A DNA stretch of 64,000 nucleotides from Planctomycetota bacterium (GTDB lineage: Bacteria > Planctomycetota > UBA11346), in assembly GCA_023150565.1 (NCBI GenBank), contig JAKLKR010000004.1, positions 1 through 64,000 of the forward strand, read 5' to 3'. Positions 9,381-19,000 of this stretch are shown piece by piece. Position 1 is the first letter of the stretch. Each line of letters begins with the position of its first letter. Under the pieces are notes generated by a model. It did no database searches and was not told the origin of the DNA. It saw only the letters and a program-made list of their open reading frames with translations. Position numbers and translations under genes: made by a program.

Positions 9381-9960
9381 GGTGCACCTGGGTGGCCCGC
9401 CCTCAATCCTAGACCGGGCCTCGGCCAACCTGCCTGGTGACGATTGTGGGCACAAGACTCCATCCGTCGGTGTGGACATGGGCAGCCGCTGGCGACAGCG
9501 TCGCCACTCCGATGTCGCCGCAGGCCATCCATCCACGCTGGCCTGCGCCATCCACGCCGCATCGGCATGACGACCTGTTTTCACCGATCTATTTTGCATT
9601 TTCGCCCGGTCGTGATAGCCTTCCGACACCATACGCCGAATCCCTTCCGGGAGCGGGGGACCCACATCCCCGGGGCTAATTGCGGCAACGCATAGGGCAC
9701 TCTTCGGCCCGAGCCCGACAGCTAACCTCGTAGGCGTCAACGAAGAGACGTTCCTCTCCAGAAGAAGGACGTCTCGCAGCATCGGAGGGGCCATGCCCAC
9801 CCGTCGCGAGCACCTGCACGTCACTCGATCAGCCCGGTCGCTGAACCGACACTGACGTTCCCTCCACCCCGCGTGCCATCGCATCGGCCCTTCGGCCGGT
9901 GAGGGCTGTGCACGTCCTTCTGTGATCCGGCGTCGCTGCGCGACACCGGAAGGAGCCCCC

Positions 9961-12003
9961 ATGTTGACCATCATCCTCACCATCACCATCTCCACCCTCG
10001 TCCTCGCCATCCTCGTCCGGGTGTCGGGGGTCATCCGCTTCATCCCCAACAACCGCGTTGGGGTGGTCGAGAAGCTGTTCGGGACCCGGCCGCTGCGCCA
10101 TGGCCTGATCGCCCTGGATGGCGAGACCGGCTACCAGCCCGAGGTGTTGCGCGGCGGTTTCCACCTCTTTCCGCCGTTCCAATACCGCATTCACCAAGCT
10201 CCGCTAGTCACCATCCCCCAGGGATCGATCGGCTACGTCTTCGCTCGGGATGGGCTGCCGCTGTCGCCCGGCCAGACCCTGGGCTTCAGCGCTGGCGGCG
10301 ACTTCCAGGACGTGCGCGGCTTCCTCGCTCGCCACGGCCAGAAGGGCCCCCAACGGGCAGTCCTGCGCGAAGGCACCTATGCCATCAACCAGGCCCAGTT
10401 CGTGGTGGTGACGCGCGAGCGCACCTACGGACTGATGATGGACACCAACGAGGACAAGGTCATCTCCTCGCTCGCTCGCACGGTGGTGGATCGGCGCGGT
10501 TTCACGCCCCTGGTCATCCATGATGACAAGGACCTGATCGGCATCGTCACGGTGCACGAGGGCCCGTCCCTGCCGGCGGGCGAAATCATCGCCCCCATCG
10601 TCGGCGACAACCCGGCCCAGATCGCCACGTATCACAACAAGTTCCAGGAACCTGAGCATTTCCTGACTGCCCGGGGCATGCGTGGGCGCCAGCTCCAGGT
10701 CCTGGCGGAGGGCACGTATTGCATCAACTGCCTGTTTGCCACCGTCGAACTGCAGCCCAAGACCATGATCGAGGTCGGCGAGGTCGGGGTTGTGGTCAGC
10801 TACACCGGCGACAAGGGTGAAGACCTGTCTGGTACCGCCTACAGCCATGGCGAGATGGTCGAGCGCGGCAAGCGGGGCGTCTGGAGCGAACCCCTGCTGC
10901 CCGGCAAGTATCCCTTCAACACCTATGCCGGACAGGTCCGCAAGGTGCCGACTACCAACATCATCCTCAAGTGGATCCGCAGCGAGGCCGGCTCCCATCG
11001 CCTGGACGAGAATCTGAGCGAGATATCGCTGATCACCCGCGATGCCTTCCAGCCCAAGCTCCCGCTGTCGGTGGTCATCCACATCGACTACCGCCAGGCC
11101 CCGCTGGTGATTCAGCGGTTCGGTGACATCAAGAAGCTGGTCGAGCAAACCCTCGATCCGATGGTGTCAGCATATTTCAAGGACATCGGGCAGACCATGA
11201 CGCTGATCGAGCTGATTCACAACCGCGCCCAGATCCAGAAGCGGGCATCAGAGGAGATGCGCTCCAAGTTCGCCCTCTACAACCTGGATCTCCAGGAGGT
11301 GCTCATCGGTACCCCGGCCTCGGACAAGGATGATCGCAGCATCGAGACCATCCTCGACCAGCTGCGCGCGCGGCAGGTCGCACGCGAACAGATCGAGACC
11401 TACCAGCGCCAGCAGGCAGCTGCCACCACCGAGCGCGAATTGCGCGAGGCCCAGGCCCGCGCCACGGTGCAAAGCGACATCACCAAGTCGGAGCTGTCGA
11501 TCTCAATCCGCGAAAATGAAGGGAAGGCTGAATTCGCCCGCAGCCAGCAGAACGCCCAGACCATCCGCATCCTCGCGGAGGCCGAGTCCGACAAGGTCAA
11601 GACCATGGCCCTGGGCGAAGCCTCCCGCATCAAGGCGGTGGCTGGGGCTGATGCGGAACGGGCGGCGCGCCTGGGCGTCGCCCAGGCGCTCGCCATCGAG
11701 GAGCAGGTGCGAGCCTACGGAGGCCCGCGCTACCAGCTGACCCAGCAGGTCATGGAACGGTTCGCCGCCGCCGTCGAGCGGTCAGGGGCGGCCCTGGTGC
11801 CCCGGGTGGTGATGAATGGAGGAGGATCACCTGGGACAGGCGGTGGATCGGGGATGATTGAAGTCCTGCTGGGCATGCTGATGAGCGATAAACTGGGCGA
11901 TGGGGCCGCCGACAGCACAACAGCACGTGATCCTGCTGCCGTTGAGTTGGGTGCGCGCCTGCGCAAGGAGACGGCCAAGGCGCTGGGTGCCACCAGCGGC
12001 TGA
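9961..12003 (+). CDS. Flotillin-like SPFH/band-7 membrane protein (YqiK/FloA-like) with a long coiled-coil C-terminus.
   Basis: N-terminal TM helix MLTIILTITISTLVLAILV. An SPFH domain is followed by an extended Glu/Ala/Arg/Gln-rich coiled coil. SD GGAAGGAG lies 6 nt before ATG 9961. The ORF track begins at upstream GTG 9922. Confidence 0.85.
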   Translation: MLTIILTITISTLVLAILVRVSGVIRFIPNNRVGVVEKLFGTRPLRHGLIALDGETGYQPEVLRGGFHLFPPFQYRIHQAPLVTIPQGSIGYVFARDGLPLSPGQTLGFSAGGDFQDVRGFLARHGQKGPQRAVLREGTYAINQAQFVVVTRERTYGLMMDTNEDKVISSLARTVVDRRGFTPLVIHDDKDLIGIVTVHEGPSLPAGEIIAPIVGDNPAQIATYHNKFQEPEHFLTARGMRGRQLQVLAEGTYCINCLFATVELQPKTMIEVGEVGVVVSYTGDKGEDLSGTAYSHGEMVERGKRGVWSEPLLPGKYPFNTYAGQVRKVPTTNIILKWIRSEAGSHRLDENLSEISLITRDAFQPKLPLSVVIHIDYRQAPLVIQRFGDIKKLVEQTLDPMVSAYFKDIGQTMTLIELIHNRAQIQKRASEEMRSKFALYNLDLQEVLIGTPASDKDDRSIETILDQLRARQVAREQIETYQRQQAAATTERELREAQARATVQSDITKSELSISIRENEGKAEFARSQQNAQTIRILAEAESDKVKTMALGEASRIKAVAGADAERAARLGVAQALAIEEQVRAYGGPRYQLTQQVMERFAAAVERSGAALVPRVVMNGGGSPGTGGGSGMIEVLLGMLMSDKLGDGAADSTTARDPAAVELGARLRKETAKALGATSG

Positions 12004-12011
12004 CATCAGTG

Positions 12012-12046
12012 GTGTGAACCGGGCAGCACAGCGGTCCGGTTCACAC
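12012..12046 (+). terminator. Perfect 11-bp stem hairpin immediately after the flotillin stop: a candidate intrinsic terminator.
   Basis: GTGTGAACCGG-N13-CCGGTTCACAC lies 9 nt after stop 12003, followed by a moderately T-containing tract (CATTCATCATTCTG). Confidence 0.5.
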
Positions 12047-12264
12047 CATTCATCATTCTGCCGAAACCTCACATGACGTCGACTCCTGGGATCGTGCGCA
12101 TCTGATGGCCCAATAACGGCTTGCGCTGTTGATAACTACGACGCATTGAGGCTCAACTCTTGGGTCGCACGAGTTACATCAATAGCAAATTGTTGAAAGG
12201 CTAAATGTATCTTTCGAGTTTAATGTCCATATACTACAGGCTCATCTTTGGGAGCCTCTGCATC

Positions 12265-12511
12265 ATGGATATCGACATCGGAATTCCCCAGCGCCTCTGC
12301 CATCTTCCGGTGGTATTGGATATTCTCCGCCGAACCGGCGTGCTCAACGTAATTGACCACGCCGTTCGAGATGATCGTCGGAGCAAGGTGTCGACCAGCG
12401 ATTGTGTGTCAGTAATCTTGTGCGGCGTATTCCTCGGCCACCATGATCTTTGGCGCATGGCGGATCGACTGGCGCCGTACGACATGGCCACGATCATGAA
12501 GGATAAAGGAT
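12265..12511 (+). pseudogene. IS1634-family transposase, N-terminal fragment (DUF4277-like), interrupted by the IS1595 insertion.
   Basis: MDIDIGIPQRLCHLPVVLDILRRTGVLNVIDHAVRDDRRSKVSTSDCVSVILCGVFLGHHDLWRMADRLAPYDMATIMKDKG. The frame continues into IS1595 antisense sequence in ORF 12205..13476, which is spurious beyond 12511. Confidence 0.7.
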
Positions 12512-13574
12512 CCTGCGTGCTAACGAGCCGCAGGAACTCACGCGGCCGTCATTTTTCTGCGCGTCCAGCGATGCTTTCTGATCTTGGTCCAGGCCCAGTG
12601 CCTGCTGGCAACCATGGCCGTGAGGAGGCGGTCGGTGATGGTCTGTTCCTGCCCATCGGGCTTGGCGTCGCGATAGCGGTTTCGCCGGTTGGTGCGCCAC
12701 GAGAACTCGGCGGTGTAGAGGTCGAGATGCCGGCGGCAGGTGTTGCGGTGGGTTCCCAGGAGCCAGCTCTTGAGGTTGGAGATCTGGCGATGGACGAGCT
12801 TGAACTGGATGGCGGAGCGCTTGCCGCCCAGGCTGACTTCCGGCCGATGGACGAAGCCCCTCTGTGTCAGCGCCGTATAGCTGCTGAGAGCATCGGTGCG
12901 GATCTGGGCGCCGGGTTGGATCTTGGCGCCAATGACCTTGAGAAGGGATTTGGAGGTGACATCGGCCACTGGGCGCAAGGCAATGTAGCCAGTGAGGTTA
13001 TCGCCCATCTTCTCGACCATCGCCAGCACCGGTGTCTTGTGCTTGGTCGATCGTCCGCGCACTCCAGCCCCGGCCGCAAGCCCGCCGACATAGGCCTCAT
13101 CCACCTCGATCAGGCCGGCCAGGCGGTAGCCCTCGTCCCGCTCCTGCATCGCATGCCGCAGCTTGTGCAACAGATGCCAGGCCGTTGGACCACTGCACCC
13201 CACGTGCTTCGCCAGCGATTTCCCCGAGATCCCCTGCTTGTTGGCCGAGATCAGGTACATCGCCAGGAACACCTTCGGCAGCGGCAGCTTGAAGAAGGCG
13301 AAGGCCGTGCCGCTGGTCACCGACGTTTGGCGCCCGCATCCGATGCACTCGAAACCTCGCCGCCCGGGCAGCGCGTAGCCCCCGGCATGACGACAGTGCG
13401 GGCACACGAACCCCTGCGGCCATCGGCGCTCCCGGATCCGCGCCAGGCAGGCCTCCTGCGTGGCGTGCTGGGCTAGAAAGTCAGGCAGAGAGGCGGATTG
13501 GATCAAGGGGTTCATGATGGGTATATATAGACCCATTCAGCACTTCCGCAACCTGCGGCTCCTTAGCACGCAGG
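12512..13574 (-). mobile_element. IS1595-family insertion sequence, 1063 bp, nested inside the IS1634 transposase gene.
   Basis: Terminal inverted repeats: left CCTGCGTGCTAACGAGCCGCAGG, and the right-end reverse complement CCTGCGTGCTAAGGAGCCGCAGG (24/25 match). It is flanked by a perfect 8-bp direct repeat TAAAGGAT at 12504..12511 and 13575..13582. Removing the element plus one TSD copy restores one continuous IS1634 transposase frame (...MKDKGFNLAEFTEERLAKALDD...). Confidence 0.85.
12538..13515 (-). CDS. IS1595-family transposase (N-terminal zinc ribbon plus DDE).
   Basis: CPHCRHAGGYALPGRRGFECIGCGRQTSVTSGTAF zinc ribbon, IEVDEAYVGG motif, and a DDE region. A TATATATA-like motif lies between Met 13536 and Met 13515, so I chose the downstream Met. 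Confidence 0.8.
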   Translation of the reverse strand: MNPLIQSASLPDFLAQHATQEACLARIRERRWPQGFVCPHCRHAGGYALPGRRGFECIGCGRQTSVTSGTAFAFFKLPLPKVFLAMYLISANKQGISGKSLAKHVGCSGPTAWHLLHKLRHAMQERDEGYRLAGLIEVDEAYVGGLAAGAGVRGRSTKHKTPVLAMVEKMGDNLTGYIALRPVADVTSKSLLKVIGAKIQPGAQIRTDALSSYTALTQRGFVHRPEVSLGGKRSAIQFKLVHRQISNLKSWLLGTHRNTCRRHLDLYTAEFSWRTNRRNRYRDAKPDGQEQTITDRLLTAMVASRHWAWTKIRKHRWTRRKMTAA

Positions 13575-13582
13575 TAAAGGAT

Positions 13583-15105
13583 TCAACCTGGCCGAGTTTA
13601 CCGAGGAGCGCCTAGCGAAAGCACTCGACGACCTCTTTGATGCGGATCTAGACCGACTGATGACCGGCATCGCTTTGCAGGCTGTCGACCAGTTTCGCCT
13701 TGGCACTGACTTCCTGCACTTCGACACCACCTCGCTGAGCTTTTTTGGCGCCTATGAGAGTGAGGGCTTTGGTTCGATGAGCGATGGTTCGAGCAAGCCG
13801 CCATTGGTCACCCATGGCTACTCCAAGGACCACCGGCCAGACCTGAAGCAAATCATGTTCGGGTCGCTAGTCACTCGGGATGGGGGCGTTCCGCTCTATG
13901 GAAAGGCGCTGGACGGGAATCGCTCGGACAGTGAGTCGGCCGCCGAGTTCTTTCAGCGCGTTCGTTCGCTCGTGCGCGATCCCAGGGAGGTCTGCTGTGT
14001 AGCCGACAGTAAGGGGTGGTGTGGTCCAGTCCTGGCACTGGTGCAACGCGAAGGACTACGTCTCTTGTCTCGACTTCCACGGCATCATCGCCTGCACCGC
14101 GAGATCATGGCCGCCTCGTGTTCCTCCATGGAGCGCGTTGAGCGATCTGCGCCAAAGGGCTCAAAGGAGCCAGACTTTTACGAGATTTCCGGGTTCGACG
14201 TCGAGGAAGTGCTGACGATTGAAGTCCCATCGACTAAGCCAGACGGCAAGCCAAGTCGCCAGCAGCTTCACATCCCCGCTCGCGCAGTTCGCGTATTCTC
14301 CTCTGCTCTGTTTCGTCAGAAGTTGGGCACCCTTCAGCGGACCAAGACATCAGAATCAAAGCAGGTTCAGCGACAGATCGCGGAGTGGCACGCGGTGGCC
14401 TATGCCTGCGTCGAAGACGCTGAGCGGGCAGCTAAACGCAATATGGCCGAAGCTGGTTTCACCACTCTCGACTTGGTCGCCACAGTCCATGAAATCGCTG
14501 GACCGTTCCGGCGCGGCCCAGGACGCCCTCGCAAACAACCGGAGCAAGACCTGGAGACCGAGCGGCACTACCGAATCACGTATACCACCGTGTTCGTGCC
14601 CGAGGCGGAGGTCATGGAGCGCCTGCGCCTGTCAGCCACCTTCATCCAGATCCGCACGCGAAACCCGGGGTGGCAGATTGCCGATGCCGAGATGATAGAC
14701 GCGTACAGAAATCAGTATCTATGCGAACATGGCTTTTCCTGGTTGAAATCCGGAAGTGGTCCCAGGGGCCTCAACCCGATTTACCTGGAAACCCCCAAAC
14801 GAATTGCCGCACTCTGCTTTCTTTATCTGATCGGACTCATGGTCTGGACGCTGATCCAACGCACGGTGAGAATGACCTTGGTGAAGTGGAACACAGGACT
14901 CCCGTACCACAGAAATAAGCCAAGTCCAAAGATCACCACGAGATTCTACTTTGAGCTTTTTCCAAAACTCCAGACCGTGACCTACAAACTGCCAGGCGAG
15001 GAGTGGCAGAAGGTGGTCGGGATCAACCCTGTCATAGAATTGGCGCTCAAGGCACTCGGCACACGCGGAGACACGCTTGTCCCGGTCGCTGAAAATACAC
15101 CATAA
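13583..15105 (+). pseudogene. IS1634-family transposase, C-terminal DDE portion, separated from its N-terminus by the IS1595 insertion.
   Basis: ORF-track 13660..15105, extendable in frame back to 13583 immediately after the TSD. Contains LHFDTTSLSFFGAYE and HGYSKDHRPDLKQ, motifs characteristic of IS1634/IS4-type transposases. Confidence 0.75.
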
Positions 15106-15235
15106 TAGTTGCCGCGATCCCAGGAGTATGCGCTATGACCGTCTCGACTGCTGGTTCTGGATATGCCGCCGCAGATGATGATCGGGGCAAAAGAATGGCG
15201 ACGAATATTTGCACAGTAAGCACAGCGCTCTGAAC

Positions 15236-16069
15236 CTAATATATCACCGATCTAACGCTCGGTGATTTTTCCTTAAGTCGCGATTTAAGCCACTCACCAT
15301 CTCCATTTAACCCATCAATGTGGACACAAGATAAACCACGTATTGTTGACAATGCGTCCGCCAGCGCCCCGTCTAATACCACCCTTGATGAAGACAACAC
15401 CAATGTATCCACGGAGGCATTTAGACCACATAGGTGATTATGCACCCAATGATTATCAACGCTAGTCTCCCTAAAATCCAGGGTGTTATACGACAAGGCA
15501 TTTACATCCCTAAAGATGTTGGCCATGCAATCTGTATTCCGACTTTCCTGAAACGACAAACTAAGATTCCGGAGGCCAATAGGAACGTCCAACGAAAACC
15601 CTCTCAAATCCACCCCCATCAGCGCGATTGACTGCATGTCCTTGCTTGCACTGCAATTAAGTCCACCACCCATATTTTTACATCCATCTATCGTTACGCC
15701 AGTCGCCCTCTCACCCGTCACAAGCAACGTGCGACTCTCTGTAAAATAGCACCTTCTCATGGTCAGGCTCCGCAGACCCTTCCAATCATTCATCCCTCTC
15801 AGTGTTTCTCCGTCAATTTCCACATCGGCCATTTCAAAGTATTCTATAGACTGAACCTTCCTGAGACAATCAACAATCCAGCCTCGACCTCCGCCGACAT
15901 CAGCCGCGTTCAACGATCCCAAAGCATTCGCCTTAACGCAAAACTCTACAAAAACATCCTTTGTGAAGGCTGGATTTCGAATTTCCAGTCTCGTCACCCT
16001 TTTATTCATTCGTTGGATATATCGCCTTAACGCCTCGTCATTTGCAGATGGGCCACGTAAGCGCCACAT
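15236..16069 (-). CDS. Leucine-rich-repeat-like protein, the putative cognate immunity protein for the upstream RHS toxin.
   Basis: ATG at 16069 overlaps the RHS stop in a TGATG arrangement. The gene is lower-GC like the RHS C-terminal tip. Cys-containing LRR-like segments are present (LRSLTMRRCYF, LRNLSLSF, LSCVHIDGL). Confidence 0.5.
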   Translation of the reverse strand: MWRLRGPSANDEALRRYIQRMNKRVTRLEIRNPAFTKDVFVEFCVKANALGSLNAADVGGGRGWIVDCLRKVQSIEYFEMADVEIDGETLRGMNDWKGLRSLTMRRCYFTESRTLLVTGERATGVTIDGCKNMGGGLNCSASKDMQSIALMGVDLRGFSLDVPIGLRNLSLSFQESRNTDCMANIFRDVNALSYNTLDFRETSVDNHWVHNHLCGLNASVDTLVLSSSRVVLDGALADALSTIRGLSCVHIDGLNGDGEWLKSRLKEKSPSVRSVIY

Positions 16070-19000
16070 CAGAACGCCCACCTACAAACCGTTTGCAAAG
16101 AGTTTGCAACCGTTTGCTTCTTGTGCGAATCCCTGCATTTCTCCTCGCAACTTGAGTCGCCATAGCAGCTTGACATACAATCCTTCAGCCAGTCATTAAT
16201 CGAATCCTGTTCCTTTGCACCCTGGTCGTATACGTCGTAGACATTTAACACAAACAACGCCTTTCCCGCCACTTTACGAACCACCTTAGTTCCCACCCCG
16301 GCTCCCGCCACGGGCTTAGGGGGCGCATGTTTTCTGCCGTCTATCTTTTTCTTGGAATGCTTGCCTCGTTCGGTTTTCTTATTTGGATTCGACCCTTTTT
16401 TCATTTCATCCATGTGTTTGTCAATTTCAGAATCAGGAATTCCGGCCTTGCGAAGGGATTCACGAATATGCTCTTCCCTCTGCGCATCTGAGAGTCCCTT
16501 CCACTTCTCTAACGCCTTCTCTGGATTCTCTTTGGGCATTCCTTCCTTTCTGAAATAATCATGCACAGCGTCGTGCTGTTCTTTGGTAAGGTCCCACAAA
16601 GGCTGATCGTTTGATCCTCCAAGGTGCAGGGGATATCCATGGTGATCAGGGGCTCCAGTTGGGTCGATCGTCTGGAACATACCAATGCCACCAAGGTACA
16701 TGGTCATTCCATCCACATAGACACCGTCCTTGGACAACATGTCTACATACATTAATTCCACCCCCTCCTCGAATAAATCCACGTATCCCCATCCGGGCCC
16801 AGCCGAATTTTCATTTCGCGAAACATAGGAACCGGCCTTCGAGCTGAAATATCTCGACCTTGCATACAATAACGCAGTTTCCACATCGTAGTAGAACCCC
16901 GTAAATCCACGCCCCAAACCCGCTACAGCAGCCCCTCTCAACGTCCCATCTGGCGCAAGAACGGCCTGCTTTCCATAGGCGTCGTAACGGAAGCGTTCGA
17001 CCACGGTTCCGGCCGCACTGGTCACAGCGGTTGGCGAATAGAGATGGTTGCCGCTGACAAAGGATCGAACCGCACCAACATCAAATGCCAGAACCTCGTC
17101 GATGTAGGTCCCATGCGTGAAGCGCTTCACTATCGATCCGGTGATTTCGACCACAACCCGAGCGCCGTCGTGCACAAAAATGGTTACCGTGCCATCGCCC
17201 AGGGCTTTGCTGATGCGGCGACCCAAGGCGTCGTAAGAATAGCTGCCCAGGATCACGTTGCTGGCGTCCCGCGCCTGGATCAAGCGGTTCTCCACATCCC
17301 AAGTCAGCACAAGGCCATCCTGATCCTGAGCCAGATTTCCCTTCTGGTCGTAGAGCAGTGGCGTGGTCACGCCCGCCGCGGTCAACGAGGTGGTTTCATG
17401 CACATCACTGTGGGTCCGCGTCTCCGTCACGCCGTTGCGCGTGATCGACTGCCAATCGCCCACCAGGCTCAACTGCCAGTTCTGCGACTCCTGCCCATCG
17501 CGCTGCCACGAGGTCAGGCGGCCGGCCGGATCATAACTGAAGGCCTGGTTGCGCTGCGGATCAAGACCATCGTCCTCCGCCGTCTTGCGCTTGGCTGCGT
17601 CGTAACTGTAGGCGAACTGCGCCACGCCGGGGGTTACGATGCCGGCCACGAGATGGTCGTTCGGCACATACGTCCGGGTCTCGGTGAGTCCATTGCCCAG
17701 GGCCGTAGCGACCAGGCGACCCGCATCGTCGTAGCTCCGGTTCGCAACCAATCCGCCGCCGATGGCAACCTGCGCCAACTCCTTGCGGGGGGTGAAGGTG
17801 CGGGCCAGCACGGTGCCGTCCGGGTACGTGACCTCAGTTGGCTGGTTATCGGCGCTATAGGCGTAGCCGACCGTGTAGGTCGTGCCGCCGATCACCTGTT
17901 CCTCACGGGTCAGACGGCCGGCATGCTCGCCGTTGTCGGTGTAGAACCGGCGCACGGTGGAACCATACCGGGCACTCACCGCACTGGTCAGGCGGCCGGT
18001 GGTATCGTAGCCATAGGTGTCGTTCAAGCCGTCCGGGTACTGACGGGCAACCAGACGGTTGGCTGCGTCGTACTGGTAGGTCGTCACCACCCCTGCCTGG
18101 TCGGTGCGGGAGGCCAAACGCCGGCCCGGATCATAGGTGTAGCTGCGGCGGTCCGTGGTACCCGGCGTCTGCTGGCCGGCCGGGAAGGTTTCCTGGGTCA
18201 ACAGACTGCGTGCATCATAGACATAGGTCGTGATCTTGTTCTCGGCGTCGGTGATGCTGAGCAGGTTGCTGTCCTGGTCATAGGCAAACTGCGTGACACC
18301 GCCATTGCGGTCCGTTTCACTGGCCTTGCGGTTGCGCACATCAAAAGCGGTGGTCTGGACCCGGTTGAGTTGGTCCGTCTCGCTAACCACATTCCCCTCC
18401 GCATCATACCCGCGACGGGTCGTGGCACCGGCAGTGTCGGTTCGGCCGATCTCATGATTTCGCAGATCGAACACCGCATCGAACCCGATAGCAAGCGGAT
18501 CGCGATGCGATACCAGATTGCCATCGGCATCGAAGCCACGTGCAGTCACCTTGCCAAGGGCGTCCACCTGCTGGCGGGCGCGGCTTGCACCATCGAGACG
18601 GTGAACCGTGGTCGCTGCCACCGGATCGGTTGCACGAACTTCCACCAGCCCCGACGACACGGTGTCGTAGGCCGTGGTCCATGCGGCCCCATTGCCGTTG
18701 ATGCGACGCAACTCGCGCCCCAACCCGTCAGCGACCTGGACCGTCACCTCACCGGCCGGGTTCGTCGCCACTATGATGAGGCCACCGGCACCACTACCGC
18801 GATTCAAACCAGCAATCCAAGCAGGATTGGCGACTTCCAGGCCCTGTCCATCCACCACGTTCGCCTCATAGGCATACGTAGTGGTCTCGCCGAGGCCATT
18901 GGTTTGGGCAATGACGCGGTTCAAGCCATCGTAGGTGGTGGTCCCAACAATCCCGTTCGCATCCGTTACCGACGTGCTATTGCCGATGAAATCATAGGCA

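Larger units (their letters stand above)
12086..15131 (+). mobile_element. IS1634-family insertion sequence (IS4 superfamily), inactivated by a nested IS1595 insertion. The termini are approximate.
   Basis: The split transposase carries a DUF4277-like N-terminus and an HGYSKDHRPDLKQ DDE region. An inverted 13-bp core ACTCCTGGGATCG occurs at 12086..12098 and as its reverse complement at 15119..15131. The flanks are lower-GC. Length minus the nested IS is about 1.97 kb, typical for the family. Confidence 0.55.

Noticed and set aside
12205-13476. A 423-aa plus-strand ORF.
   Set aside because: Its first ~100 codons are the genuine IS1634 transposase N-terminus. The remainder is read-through into the antisense strand of the inserted IS1595 element, so it is a chimeric artefact of the insertion and not a gene.
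12022-15218. A 9-bp direct repeat AGCACAGCG near both ends of the IS1634 region, as a possible TSD.
   Set aside because: The copies are not adjacent to the inverted-repeat termini (ACTCCTGGGATCG at 12086 and 15131). The left copy lies inside the flotillin terminator hairpin. Probably coincidental.
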